This document shows, in pieces, positions 41,640-52,387 of a stretch of 64,000 nucleotides of DNA. The DNA comes from a virus. How positions within the stretch are numbered: the stretch's first letter is position 1; each line of letters opens with the position of its first letter. Made by a program: the position numbers and the translations under genes. The DNA is taken from positions 35,822 to 99,821 of the IMG/VR virus record IMGVR_UViG_3300018080_008375; one strand, given 5' to 3'. Below the pieces are notes generated by a model, which saw nothing but the letters and a program-made list of their open reading frames with translations, was not told where the DNA came from and did not search any database.

Positions 41640-43607
41640 ATGAAAAACCTCGACGAAGAAGCTAGGCGTTGGCTGGAAACATATGCCGACGAGTTCGATT
41701 TGGAAGAACTGCCGTCAGAAAGTAAAAAGGCGGAATCATCGTCCGCTGTCATGTGGCCGAATCCGGAAATAGTCCCTGGACTTGGGAAGCTGAGAGAAGT
41801 TTCGTCCGAAGACGGCTTCAATCGCATTGTGGGAAACCCCTCAAACTGGTCGAGGATTCTCGGAGACAAGGCGGCTCTTGACAGATGGGTGAGTCCTAAT
41901 GCCGTCGTCATTTTCGGCAAGAGCTGGTTCGACTGCATGAAGTGGAAAAGCACGATCCAGCGGTCTGCCGAGCTTCCTCTTTTTTCCGCCGAGGAAAAGG
42001 AGGCGGCGCACTCCTCTGGCGTGCCCTTGGAAAACACGCCGTCCGGCAAGTCCAAGATTGCAAGAATCATATCCCGCGTCGATCATGCTGTGCGCATGTA
42101 CCTGAATGGCGGCGGCCTGTCGTCTTCCGGTCGGATCAAACGACCCGGCGGATACATTATCAACTCCATAAAAAACGAATTCATATCGGACATAGGAGCC
42201 GATGAGGGGTACAAGCTCATACACGAGCCGGTGTGCCCGTACTGCCTTGGGGCATATGCCGGGCGGGGAATGCGCTGCAAGGTTGTAATGAAGTCCCTGG
42301 GCGACGGATTCTATGAATGCGAAAGATGCTCCGATGTGGCTAGGTCGATTGAAATGTCTGGAGAGCCGGATCAGGCCGAGCTGAGGCGGCGCAGGTGTTT
42401 CTCAAGAGTCAGCCATACCACCATCGTGTGTCCGTCAGACAGATGCCGAGGCAGGTTCGTTCCTGTTGGGTTCGTTTCCGACAGGGAATGGCTGCTGACG
42501 AAAAAGGGGCGGGCGGCTTTGTTTGCAGCATCGCGCATTCGCCCTCCCAGAAGCGTCCGCAGCTTTCAGGACCCGCCGGATGAGATGCTTGACATGCCGC
42601 TCGAATGTCCGCATTGCGGTGAGAATTTCACGCCGAGGTCTGCGCTAGCTAGGAAGTCTGGATTCAAGGGTCGCGGGGGAATGGTTACGGGGTTGCCTAC
42701 TATGGCGGTTTGGTGGAGACCAGAGGTTATGTCCGGGTCCGCCATCGCAAATTTCGTCCAAGATGGGGACGATGATCCGTCTTTAAGCATAGAGCATGAG
42801 CAGCATGTGGGGATTTTGAAAGGCGAATTGCTTGTCAGGATAGCCGACTTGGCATGCCGCAACACGGAGCACTCCTTGATCCTGAGGTATTTTTACGAAG
42901 CTGCGGCAGAATGGATGGAGAACAACAAGGGCGATGCGTCAAGATACTTTTTTGGGTGGCGCGCGGTGGAACGGGCTACGACGAAGAAGGAGCAGGCTGC
43001 TGGGCGGTCCGGATCTGTTTTGTTCACAGAAGTGGAAAGAGGTCAGGAGTCAGCGGTTCACCAATCGATTTTTTATGCCTGGATGCGAAAAATGTCTGAA
43101 AATATTGGAAAAATACGCGCCACTGGAGGGACTGTCAGGCGTCTGGACGATTTGGCGTGGTTGTGCAGAAAGCCCAAGCACAGCAGCGGTCCAAGGTCGC
43201 TGTTTACATCGGCAGTCGAAAGCGACATGTCCGTGCCGAACCGCAGCGCGATAAGCGGCAGTCCAAAACCGCGAATAGCATGGGTGCTGTCGGCCACACA
43301 TGCGGACAGCGGCATGGATGTTTTGCCGCTCATAAGCTCTTGCGAATGGCAGGCTGTGAGGATAAGTAAGCATCCGAATATATGTGTTGGTGACATGATA
43401 CGCATCAAGGCGCTAATGATGCCTGGTCACCACAGCCATGCGCCCATCAGGAGGATAATGCGCCTGCGTACGGACATTTTGGCTGGCGTGATAGGCGCCG
43501 TCAGGAAAGAGGAGCAAAGCGGAGAGACAAACGCCAGGTTCTGGAGCGCTTGGAGAAAGCGCGTCGGGGAGGCCAAGGCAATGCTTGAAAGTAGAGAGGT
43601 ATCATGA
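41640..43607 (+). CDS. Large hypothetical protein with several CxxC motifs
   Basis: 655-aa ORF; CPYC, CERC, CPHC. Confidence 0.65.
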   Translation: MKNLDEEARRWLETYADEFDLEELPSESKKAESSSAVMWPNPEIVPGLGKLREVSSEDGFNRIVGNPSNWSRILGDKAALDRWVSPNAVVIFGKSWFDCMKWKSTIQRSAELPLFSAEEKEAAHSSGVPLENTPSGKSKIARIISRVDHAVRMYLNGGGLSSSGRIKRPGGYIINSIKNEFISDIGADEGYKLIHEPVCPYCLGAYAGRGMRCKVVMKSLGDGFYECERCSDVARSIEMSGEPDQAELRRRRCFSRVSHTTIVCPSDRCRGRFVPVGFVSDREWLLTKKGRAALFAASRIRPPRSVRSFQDPPDEMLDMPLECPHCGENFTPRSALARKSGFKGRGGMVTGLPTMAVWWRPEVMSGSAIANFVQDGDDDPSLSIEHEQHVGILKGELLVRIADLACRNTEHSLILRYFYEAAAEWMENNKGDASRYFFGWRAVERATTKKEQAAGRSGSVLFTEVERGQESAVHQSIFYAWMRKMSENIGKIRATGGTVRRLDDLAWLCRKPKHSSGPRSLFTSAVESDMSVPNRSAISGSPKPRIAWVLSATHADSGMDVLPLISSCEWQAVRISKHPNICVGDMIRIKALMMPGHHSHAPIRRIMRLRTDILAGVIGAVRKEEQSGETNARFWSAWRKRVGEAKAMLESREVS

Positions 43608-44958
43608 ACACCGAAGAGAAGATGGAAGAGCAAGAGGCTCTCGAAGAGCAGCAGTGGCACCATGTTGCAAAGGTTGAGAACTTGGGCGACCTTCGCCGCA
43701 GGATCAATGTCACATACGATGCTGAGGCGGTCAAGATGGCGATGGACAAAGCCACAGATCTTGTTGGAAAAAAAACGGCCGTTAAGGGGTTTCGAAGGGG
43801 CAAGGCGCCCGGCCGTTTGGTTCGCGCGTTTTGCAGCAAGGAGATAGAGGCCACAGCCAAGACCATGCTAACCCAGGAGGGATATCTGCACGCCTTGTTC
43901 GAAAACAAACTACAGTCCCTGACAGAACCAGATGTGGACCGCGCAGAGTTCAACCGGGATGGCACATTCGAATGTTCCATAGAGGTGGATGTCCGACCGA
44001 AAATTGAGTTGTCCGATATGTCGGCCTCGCGCTTACAGAGCCGGACTTCGATACCGAGGGGGTGGAGGTTCGGCTGATCGAGGAGTTGCGCGGCAGGTTT
44101 TCCGAAACGGAGGAGCGCGACGAGGTACAGGTTGGTCGCACGGCGATCATAGATTTCGAGACGCGCGTGGGGGACGAGGTGGTCATTTCTCAAGAGGGCC
44201 AGCCATTTATGATAAGAAGCGGCCAGCCGCTTCCGTTCGGGGAAAACCTGTGCGGGCTGAAAGTCGGAGAGGAGATTGATGAAAGGATAACACTGCCGGG
44301 CGATTTCAAGAAGCACGGCGGCAAGGAAGCCGTGGTGTCGATAACCGTGCGCAAAGTGACGGAGCAGGTGCCAGCCACGGACGAGCAGCTGGTGGAAAGG
44401 ACAGGTCTGGAGTCTTTCAACGAGATTGCGGCGCAGGTGCGGGAGCAGGCTGTGCTGCTAAAGGACCAGAATGCCAGGCAGTATCTGGAGGAGCAGGCTG
44501 TAGACGCACTCCTTGAAATGCATGACTTTGAAGTTCCGAAAAAATGGATTGACAAGGAGCAAAAATACATTTCCTCGCAGCTCGGGTTCTCTGGAACGGA
44601 CGCGGAGACAGAGGAGGAGCTGAAGAACATGGCTTTAAGGAATGTCAGGCGTGCTTTTATCATGGATGCCCTCCAGGACGCCGAGCCGTCGCTAGCAGCT
44701 ACGAAGGAGGAGCTGGACGACTTGATCAGGACCGAAGCGAAGCGCTTGAAAACTCCGGCGGTTAAACTTCGCAAGCAGCTTCAGGCGCAGGGACGCCTGG
44801 ACGAGGTACTGACGACGATCAGAAACAAGAAAATGATGGATTTTCTGCTTGCCAGCGCCAGAATAGAATCTCCGGCGCAGCAGCAGGACGGCCAGGATTC
44901 AGGCGCGGAAGAGGTGACCCATGTCGAATTCGAGCCGATGCCGATAGAAGAGGAGTAG
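43604..44958 (+). pseudogene. tig: Trigger factor, interrupted by a 1-nt frameshift near 44016
   Basis: GFRRGKAP ribosome-binding loop in ORF 43604-44077; FKBP and C-terminal domains in ORF 44062-44958; a -1 shift restores PKIELSD-YVGLAL. Confidence 0.8.
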
Positions 44959-44963
44959 GAAAA

Positions 44964-45176
44964 ATGGCGAAGAACCCGAAGGTGCAGCCCGTACAGGGCT
45001 TCAAGGTCAAGGATTTCGTGAGCAAAAAAGATACGCTTGAACTAAAGCTGATTGCCGACAAGGAAGATGTGAGGGCCGGGACCATGGATCTTGGAGATGT
45101 GCTTGGAATGCTTGAGCTACACCAAACATCGGACTATACGGTCGAATTGGCTTTGGTGAAACGGGACGAGGAATGA
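44964..45176 (+). CDS. Hypothetical protein
   Basis: Gene packing. Confidence 0.55.
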   Translation: MAKNPKVQPVQGFKVKDFVSKKDTLELKLIADKEDVRAGTMDLGDVLGMLELHQTSDYTVELALVKRDEE

Positions 45177-45481
45177 CGGGCGGATGGAGGCGCCGCCGCG
45201 GGCGGTGCGCCTCCGGATGCCAGTCGTTCGCTTACGATCTGGATGAAAGGGTCGGAGAGGATATCCTTCCGTTTCTTGAGCGTTTTGGAAAGCCGGTCCT
45301 GCCTTTTGGGAGCACATCGCTCCTGAAAGTCAGGGGACCGGCTTTTTTCATTACCGGCATAAAGCATCTGAAGGAAATCAGGCTTGTGGCGGATCGGGGG
45401 ATCGATCCGGAGACATACCTGACTGAGTTAGAGGAAGCGTTGACCGAATGGGTAGGATTTAGGAAAGGCACAGTTGAATAA
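45173..45481 (+). CDS. Hypothetical protein
   Basis: Coupled at both ends. Confidence 0.55.
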   Translation: MTGGWRRRRGRCASGCQSFAYDLDERVGEDILPFLERFGKPVLPFGSTSLLKVRGPAFFITGIKHLKEIRLVADRGIDPETYLTELEEALTEWVGFRKGTVE

Positions 45482-48400
45482 TGGCATTCGCAAACCTGCA
45501 TGTTCATACGAGCATGGGGTCCATGCAGGACTCTCTGATAGAAATAGGCGCACTTTTCGACCGGGCGACCGAAATGGGGCAGGATTCCGTGGCCGTTACG
45601 GACCACGGGACAATGGCTGCGGTTTATGACGGGTGGAAGCAGTGGAAGCGCACCGGGGTAAAGTTCATACCGGGCTGCGAGGGGTACTTCGTACATCATT
45701 ACGGCAAGTCGGAAAAGGATTTCGGCGGACGGAAGAAGATGGCTTTCGAGACCAGGAAGCATATCACGCTGCTTGCTTCGAACCAGGAGGGGTACCGCAG
45801 CCTGCTGAAGGCCAGCTATGAGGCGTACAAGCAGCGCGAGGTAAGCATGGGACAGGTGTTTCCGCGCCTCGGCTGGGAGATCCTGGCGAACCATAACAGA
45901 GGAATAATATGCCTGTCGGGCTGCGGCGCCGGCATTGTTGCCGAGAAGCTGATGCTGGGCGACGCGGAAGGCGCCGAGGAGATGGTGTCGCGCCTGTCAG
46001 AGCTGTTTCCGGGCAGGCTGTACCTGGAGCTGCAGCCGCATCACATCAAAGATGTCCGCATCGACCAGGAGCTGATCAACGAGGGCCTGATAGAGATATC
46101 GCGCAAGCTCGGAATACCCTTGGTGGCGACCGCCGATTCTCATTACCTGACGCGCGACGAGTACAAGTACCACGAGATGCTTCTCGCCATCAGGTCGAAA
46201 AAGGCGCTGGGCGACGACAGGAGGCTTTCGTACGGCGTCGACGAATTCTATCTGAAGTCCGAAGAGGAGGTGTTCTCGTTCCTGGCCGAGCACTACGGCA
46301 GGGACGTAGCTGTTGAAGCCGTCGGAAACGCCCAGGAGATTGCCGACAGGTGCGAGGAGCCGACCTATCTTGAGCCGTCCGGCAACCATCTTCCGGTATT
46401 CCCGTGCCAGGACGAGCCGGACTACCAGGAGTTCTTGGAATGGAAGTCGAAAAGCGGGTCCGACAGCCTCGACGAGGCGGCCGCCTTCATGCGCTTCAGG
46501 TGCTTCAAGGGGTTCCGGGACAGGTTCTCGCACCTCGGCGCGGACGACCGGAGGAAATACTGGGACCGCATAAAATACGAGGTTGGCATACTTGAGAAGA
46601 ACAGCTTCTCAAGCTACATGCTGGTGGTGTCCGACTACATACGCTGGGCCAAGCGCAACGGGATTGTCGTCGGGTGCGGGCGCGGAAGCGTCGGCGGGTC
46701 GCTTGTTGCGCATCTTCTGGACATCCACGGCGTCGATCCGTTCGAGTACGGGCTGCTGTTCGAAAGGTTCCAGAACGCCGAGAAGAAAAGCCTGCCGGAC
46801 ATCGACACGGACTTCGCCTCTGCCGGAAGGGACGCGGTCGAGGGCTATGTCAGGGAGAAGTACGGCTACGACAACTGCGCTCTCGTCTCCAACCTCACCA
46901 CCTACAAACCAAAGAACACCATAGACGATGTCGCCAGGTCCCTGCGGATAGGCGACGATCCGTCGAACCCGGACAAGAAGAACTACTTTTTCATCGCCAA
47001 GCTGATCAAGGACTCGATTCCGGAGGACGCCGACGATTACGACGAGGCGCTGGAAAAGTCCCCCAAGTTCAAAGAGTACATGGAAAAGTACCCGGACCTG
47101 CTGGACTATTCCAGAAGGCTCCTGGGCGTGGAGAAGGGCTATTCCACGCACGCCGCCGGCATGGTGGTGTCCAACATTCCGATAGCCGAGTTCGCCCCGC
47201 TGAGGATCGACAAGAACGGCATCGTTGCCGTGCAGTTCGAAAAGGAGCGATGCGAGGAGAACGGCCTTGTCAAGATGGATTTCCTGGGCCTGTCGACGCT
47301 CGACGTGATCGGCGGTGCGCTGAAGAACATAGAAAGGCTTGGCGAGAACGGACCGTCCTGCGTCGACGACATTCCAATCGACGATGCCGAGACGTACGAG
47401 ATGATCTCCGGCGGGCAGACCAAGTGCGTTTTCCAGCTGGGTCAGACATCCATGATGTCCGCGCTGTGTAAGAGGGTCAAGCCGAAGAACATCTTCGACA
47501 TCGCCATAGTCAACGCGCTGGGCAGGCCGTCGTCCGGCGAGCGCGTCCTTCCGGACGGGACGGTCTACAGCGAGCGCATAGAGTATGTTGCGCGCAGGGA
47601 CGGCGAGAAGCCGGTGACGTACATCCATCCCAGCCTGAAGTGCCTGGAGGAGACGTTCGGCCTCTGTATCATGGAGGAGCAGCTGATGGGCGTTGCCCAG
47701 CACTGCGCCGGGTGGGACCTGAACAAGACCGACAAGCTGCGCAAGTTCACAAAGAAGAAGGACCCCAAGCTGGCCGCCAAGATCTCCCCGGGGTTCATCG
47801 AGGACGTTAGAAAACACCTCGGCGTGGACGAGGAACTCGCATCGCGCATCTGGAAGGACATCGTCGAGATGTTTTCAGGATACGGCTTCAACCGCTCGCA
47901 CGCTGTGTTCTATTCCATCAACGGATACTACACGGCCTACCTGAAGAAGCACCATCCTGCCGCCCTCCTGGCATCGAAGCTGTCCGTTGAAATCATGCGC
48001 AACAGCATTACAAGCAACGACGAGATTGCTCGCGCCAAGCAGGAGTGCCGCAGGTTCGGCATCAAGATCGTGCCGCCGGATGTCAACCAGAGCGGAGCCG
48101 GATACGACGTGCTGGACTCCAAGACCATTGTGATGGGTTTGGCCGCCATCGGCGGCCTGGGAGAGAAGGCCGTGTCCAACATCGTAGAGAACCAACCGTA
48201 CGAGTCGTTTGTCGACTTTCTTGTGCGGACGAACGCAAGGATCGTCAACAAGTCGAAGATCGAGGCGCTGGCCAAGGCCGGCTGCTTTTCATGCTTCGGC
48301 GTGACGCGCAAGTTTGCGCACGACGAGGGAAAGAGCACCAGGGAGAAGGTAGGTAGGTTTCTAAAGAAGCGCGAGAAGGATGGTTACGATGTTGAAAGCT

Positions 48401-48867
48401 CTATTGCCGAGTTTCCCTTTTATCCAGGTCAGAGCGAATGGAGCACGAAAGAGCTGCTTTCGCACGAATGCGATGTTGTTGGCGAATGCCTGTCCGGAAG
48501 CCTGAACGATCTGTACAACGGTTTTTTCGGGGGGTACAATGTGACGCCACTGTCGAAGCTCGTCGCAATGCCAAACAGGGCGCACCTTGTTGTTGAGGTT
48601 TTGGTCAAGTCGGCAACCAGGGAGTTCACAATCAAGAAAAAGGGCAGGAACTTTGGGAAAAAGATGATTAAATACAATGTTGAGGACATTGAGGGCACGG
48701 CGACGGAACTGACGGTGTGGCCGCAGCAGTATGCGGTCGCCAAGAAGCTGCTGAAGGATAACACTCCGATCAGGGCAACATGCCAAGTGAGCGACTTCAA
48801 CGGGCAGAAAACGCTGATGCTGATGGGATTTCAGGCGATTTACGGAGTGAAAGATGGAATCAAATAA
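45481..48867 (+). CDS. dnaE: DNA polymerase III alpha subunit
   Basis: PHP domain LHVHT/TDHG, GRGS, PDIDTD, HAAG, KMDFLGL, YGFNRSHA; no intein. Confidence 0.96.
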   Translation: MAFANLHVHTSMGSMQDSLIEIGALFDRATEMGQDSVAVTDHGTMAAVYDGWKQWKRTGVKFIPGCEGYFVHHYGKSEKDFGGRKKMAFETRKHITLLASNQEGYRSLLKASYEAYKQREVSMGQVFPRLGWEILANHNRGIICLSGCGAGIVAEKLMLGDAEGAEEMVSRLSELFPGRLYLELQPHHIKDVRIDQELINEGLIEISRKLGIPLVATADSHYLTRDEYKYHEMLLAIRSKKALGDDRRLSYGVDEFYLKSEEEVFSFLAEHYGRDVAVEAVGNAQEIADRCEEPTYLEPSGNHLPVFPCQDEPDYQEFLEWKSKSGSDSLDEAAAFMRFRCFKGFRDRFSHLGADDRRKYWDRIKYEVGILEKNSFSSYMLVVSDYIRWAKRNGIVVGCGRGSVGGSLVAHLLDIHGVDPFEYGLLFERFQNAEKKSLPDIDTDFASAGRDAVEGYVREKYGYDNCALVSNLTTYKPKNTIDDVARSLRIGDDPSNPDKKNYFFIAKLIKDSIPEDADDYDEALEKSPKFKEYMEKYPDLLDYSRRLLGVEKGYSTHAAGMVVSNIPIAEFAPLRIDKNGIVAVQFEKERCEENGLVKMDFLGLSTLDVIGGALKNIERLGENGPSCVDDIPIDDAETYEMISGGQTKCVFQLGQTSMMSALCKRVKPKNIFDIAIVNALGRPSSGERVLPDGTVYSERIEYVARRDGEKPVTYIHPSLKCLEETFGLCIMEEQLMGVAQHCAGWDLNKTDKLRKFTKKKDPKLAAKISPGFIEDVRKHLGVDEELASRIWKDIVEMFSGYGFNRSHAVFYSINGYYTAYLKKHHPAALLASKLSVEIMRNSITSNDEIARAKQECRRFGIKIVPPDVNQSGAGYDVLDSKTIVMGLAAIGGLGEKAVSNIVENQPYESFVDFLVRTNARIVNKSKIEALAKAGCFSCFGVTRKFAHDEGKSTREKVGRFLKKREKDGYDVESSIAEFPFYPGQSEWSTKELLSHECDVVGECLSGSLNDLYNGFFGGYNVTPLSKLVAMPNRAHLVVEVLVKSATREFTIKKKGRNFGKKMIKYNVEDIEGTATELTVWPQQYAVAKKLLKDNTPIRATCQVSDFNGQKTLMLMGFQAIYGVKDGIK

Positions 48868-49252
48868 GATTTTGGAAACACTGATGAAGGCAAGGCTAAA
48901 CGGGAGACAGTGCTCGAATTTTCTGCGGTTTTTGTCTGCCGCGCGCAAGCATCATCTGGAAATGCGCGGTCTTAGGTACTATGATGCGTCATGGATGATA
49001 TCGTATTGGAACGGCAAGGTCCTGGCAGATCTTCAGATTTTTGAAAAAGCAGCAACACTAGTGATTACAAGAATTTCCAGCGATATGATGGTCGATATTG
49101 AGCTTAGCAGGCGTTTCGACAGCATAGACTGTATGAACCTGATTGCCGGCACGATTGCCAAACATATCAAAAAAAAGACCTTGACATTACAGCAGCCTCC
49201 GCATAACTTGTCTTCAGGAGGAGACAGATGCGTTGCGCAAATTGTGACATAG
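48854..49252 (+). CDS. Hypothetical protein
   Basis: Gene packing. Confidence 0.5.
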   Translation: MESNKILETLMKARLNGRQCSNFLRFLSAARKHHLEMRGLRYYDASWMISYWNGKVLADLQIFEKAATLVITRISSDMMVDIELSRRFDSIDCMNLIAGTIAKHIKKKTLTLQQPPHNLSSGGDRCVAQIVT

Positions 49253-49848
49253 AGATATCCCCAGAATTTTCGCATGCTTTCAGGCGCAACGAGTGCCCGG
49301 CATGCGGCGAGGAGATCCTCGACGAGGAGTCCCTGGCTATGATGGACGACATCAAGGAAACGATCTTGTCCGAAGTGCGCCTGAGGGACGAAGCAGTGGC
49401 GCGCATAGCGCTTGCGCTCGTCACCAACTATTCCGTTTCTCCGCTCGGGAGCGCAGCTCCCATGGCAAAGCGGGTGGCAAAGCATGCTCCGGCGGCCAAA
49501 AGGCCGCCCAACGAGGGCGTGATACGGCAGAAGGATCTTGTCGACGAAGGCGGCTCGCTCCTTTCGGAAGAGGAGCAGATGCGCATTTTCGAAGAGCGCG
49601 TAAAGGCGAGATACAATGTGGAGCTGGCTGGAGACAATGTTGTCAGCGCAAAGAAGAAGGACCTTTCTCCCGAACTGAAGCAGCTCAGCAGCGCCCTATC
49701 AAAGGAGCTTGTGAGCGATTCAGAAATGCTCAACAGCCCCGTGCTTGAGGCGCACAGGGCGGAGCGCCTTGCCAAGCAGCAGCGCAACCAGGTGAGCGGT
49801 CCGCCAAGCGCCAGGGCTGGCGCGATGGTGAGCCGGGCGGAGCCCTGA
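49228..49848 (+). CDS. Hypothetical Zn-ribbon protein
   Basis: SD AGGAGG; CANC...CPAC. Confidence 0.6.
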   Translation: MRCANCDIEISPEFSHAFRRNECPACGEEILDEESLAMMDDIKETILSEVRLRDEAVARIALALVTNYSVSPLGSAAPMAKRVAKHAPAAKRPPNEGVIRQKDLVDEGGSLLSEEEQMRIFEERVKARYNVELAGDNVVSAKKKDLSPELKQLSSALSKELVSDSEMLNSPVLEAHRAERLAKQQRNQVSGPPSARAGAMVSRAEP

Positions 49849-50135
49849 TGCCATTCAGGATCGTCGACCACAAGAAGGTCGACATGACTGATGAGGAGCA
49901 TGCCTATTACAGGAAGCTGGTCAACGCTTTCGAGGACGGACCGTCCAGCTTCCGCGACCTGTTCGATGTCGATGCCGACGGGTGTATAAGCTTCATCAGG
50001 CCTCCGGTGGGAAGGCAGGTGCCGTGGGCCGTGATAATTTTCCTGCAGAACCTTATGATCAACCAGCACGAGCGCCGGAGAGACGCGATACTTGAACAGC
50101 GCTTGGCGGAAATCGAGAGGAGATTGTCGGAATGA
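49848..50135 (+). CDS. Hypothetical protein
   Basis: Coupled to neighbours. Confidence 0.55.
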   Translation: MPFRIVDHKKVDMTDEEHAYYRKLVNAFEDGPSSFRDLFDVDADGCISFIRPPVGRQVPWAVIIFLQNLMINQHERRRDAILEQRLAEIERRLSE

Positions 50136-50635
50136 CCAAACTGGGAGACGTTCTTGAGTTCGGCACGTTCGATCCAGAGGGCATGGACGTGTCGGAGCTT
50201 CAAGAGCTTTCGAAAAACATACCCAAGGACGGCCATGTGGATGTGGCGATCGCCGAGAACCTGGCGGTGCAGTTCCTGCGCGGAGCTGACAGGTGCTCGG
50301 AGATGATAGGGAAGCTCACCTGGTGGCTGGCTAGAAAAAAAGACGCCAGCCGCAGGGAGTACCAGATGGCGGCGCTTGTGCGCGCCAAGGGTCAGGGGTA
50401 CAAGTCCGCCGCGGAGAAGAAGCTGTACGCCGACGGCGACGATAAGTATCTGGACGCCTGCGCCGACGTCAGCAAGGCCGAGGCGATGCTGCAGTGGTGC
50501 AAGAACAAGCATTCAAGCCTCGTGAGCGCGCATTATCTCATGAAACAGATCGCCAGGGGCGAAGAGGGGCACGGACGCGCGTCTAATGTGACCGTGGGCA
50601 GCGGACCACTCTCGCACGGCGAGCAGCAGTGGTAG
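50132..50635 (+). CDS. Hypothetical helical protein, possibly UvsY-like recombination mediator
   Basis: KSAAEKKLYADGDDKY helical pattern; near SSB and RecA. Confidence 0.4.
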   Translation: MTKLGDVLEFGTFDPEGMDVSELQELSKNIPKDGHVDVAIAENLAVQFLRGADRCSEMIGKLTWWLARKKDASRREYQMAALVRAKGQGYKSAAEKKLYADGDDKYLDACADVSKAEAMLQWCKNKHSSLVSAHYLMKQIARGEEGHGRASNVTVGSGPLSHGEQQW

Positions 50636-50646
50636 GAAGAAAAAAA

Positions 50647-50943
50647 ATGCCAATCATAGAAGCAAACAAGTCGGACATCCTTAACCCGCGCGTGCCGGTG
50701 GCGCCAGCGCACCTGTATGCGGCGCACATGGCGTCGAAGAAGTTTCCGGGCCAGTATTTCGTGGTTGTTAAGAAGCAGGTGGACTGGCATCAATCGTATT
50801 TCCACGGCGTGGGCTACTGGACCGACACACATCCCAACAAGGAGGGCGCATCGCCGCCGGACCACGGCGAAGTTAAGGACGCCTACATCCCGTGGCACAA
50901 CATTACATTCATCGAAAACACACAGTACCGCTACCACGGGTAG
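50647..50943 (+). CDS. Hypothetical protein
   Basis: Gene packing. Confidence 0.5.
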   Translation: MPIIEANKSDILNPRVPVAPAHLYAAHMASKKFPGQYFVVVKKQVDWHQSYFHGVGYWTDTHPNKEGASPPDHGEVKDAYIPWHNITFIENTQYRYHG

Positions 50944-51042
50944 CGGGGCGGGCAAGTTCGACGCCGAAAAGCAGGAAGAAAAATCCATCAGGCGCCCGAT
51001 AGAGCCCAAGAGAGGCCAAGGGCAATCACGGAGGAAAAAAAA

Positions 51043-51705
51043 ATGACAGAGTACAAGTACGGAGAACTGGCAGACTGGAACGACGCGGATACCAAGAGCC
51101 GCAGCGATTTCATGAGGCTGACGCAGGGTGACAACATCGTCAGGATTTTCACCCTTCCATTCCAGTTTCATGTGTGCTGGGTGAAGGACGCATCGGGAGC
51201 GAACCGCAAGCTCAGGAGCGCACTCAAGGATTGCCCGCTCATCAAGCGCGGTGAGAAGCTCCAGACGCGGTGGATGCTCGGCGTTATCAACCGCGAGACC
51301 AACAGCGCCGAGATTCTTGAGATCGGAAGTCAGATTTACAACGGAATTAAGAAGCTGATCAACGACGGCGCGTGGGGCGACCCGCGAAAGTACGATCTCA
51401 ATATCGTGCGCGGAAAGCCGAACGACAATCCGCTGTACACGGTCCATCCGCGTCCGCCAACGGAGCTTTCAGACGCCGACAAGGCAATGGTCGAGGAATT
51501 CATGGGCAATACCGAACTCGGCAAAATGACCCAGCCGCCCACTGCTGAGGAAGTTTCACAGCGGCTGGCCGAGATCGACGGTCTTCAGCCGCCGCAGCGG
51601 GGAGGAAACGGCTCCCAGCAGCAGCGGCAGCAGCAGGACAATCAGTCTCAACAGCAGCCCCCGATCGACGAAAATACATTCAACTTCGATCAGGACCAGT
51701 TGTAG
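51043..51705 (+). CDS. Phage single-stranded DNA-binding protein (gp32-like)
   Basis: FMRLTQGDNIVRI, CPL, YDLNI..., acidic/Q-rich tail ending FNFDQDQL. Confidence 0.7.
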   Translation: MTEYKYGELADWNDADTKSRSDFMRLTQGDNIVRIFTLPFQFHVCWVKDASGANRKLRSALKDCPLIKRGEKLQTRWMLGVINRETNSAEILEIGSQIYNGIKKLINDGAWGDPRKYDLNIVRGKPNDNPLYTVHPRPPTELSDADKAMVEEFMGNTELGKMTQPPTAEEVSQRLAEIDGLQPPQRGGNGSQQQRQQQDNQSQQQPPIDENTFNFDQDQL

Positions 51706-51714
51706 CCAGAACGA

Positions 51715-51750
51715 CCCGCCGGCGAAGTGGTCGTCGCCGGCGGGCTTTTT
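51715..51750 (+). terminator. Rho-independent terminator
   Basis: CCCGCCGGCGA/TCGCCGGCGGG stem followed by CTTTTT. Confidence 0.8.
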
Positions 51751-51754
51751 CAAC

Positions 51755-52387
51755 ATGGAGAAGACTATTTCAGCCAATCTTGTGGACATCGGACCGAAGT
51801 ACAAGGCATGGTACTTCGAATCCAGCCCTCCGCGCCTCGAAGTGGCGATCACATTCGATGCTGACAATTACAGCCGCAAGCTGCTGTTCCGGCTTATGGA
51901 CATTACGCATAGCCACGGATTCGCCTGCGCCGCCCCCCGCTTCGTAGAAGATGCCGAAGGAGAGCAGCAGATGCTCTTCAGCATAGGCACCAACCTTCCA
52001 TCATCAAGGTCACTCAAAAAATACTCCAAAAAGCTGTGCGCGTGCCTGGACGATGTGTTTGCGTTCAATGACGAGTTTGTTCGCCAGCTAGACTTTTCGC
52101 TTCTGGACATGTCCATGTTCGACGGCGTGGACCTGTACGAGTTCGATCCAATGACAATGGCCACGATTCGCGACCAGCACTACAGCGGATCGTGGGACGA
52201 GTTCAGGCAGGACATGCTTGATGACGACCGGAAGGACGACGCGGAGCTGATAGACAGGTGCGAAAAGTTCGAGAAGGTCAACGAAAAGGACATGGCGCTT
52301 GTGGGGGCGCATCTTGAGCATCTTCTGGACCACATGCTGGTGCGCGATGCGGAGGAGCAGGAGTCCGGAGAGAGAGAAGTAAACTGA
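51755..52387 (+). CDS. Hypothetical protein
   Basis: Gene packing. Confidence 0.55.
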   Translation: MEKTISANLVDIGPKYKAWYFESSPPRLEVAITFDADNYSRKLLFRLMDITHSHGFACAAPRFVEDAEGEQQMLFSIGTNLPSSRSLKKYSKKLCACLDDVFAFNDEFVRQLDFSLLDMSMFDGVDLYEFDPMTMATIRDQHYSGSWDEFRQDMLDDDRKDDAELIDRCEKFEKVNEKDMALVGAHLEHLLDHMLVRDAEEQESGEREVN

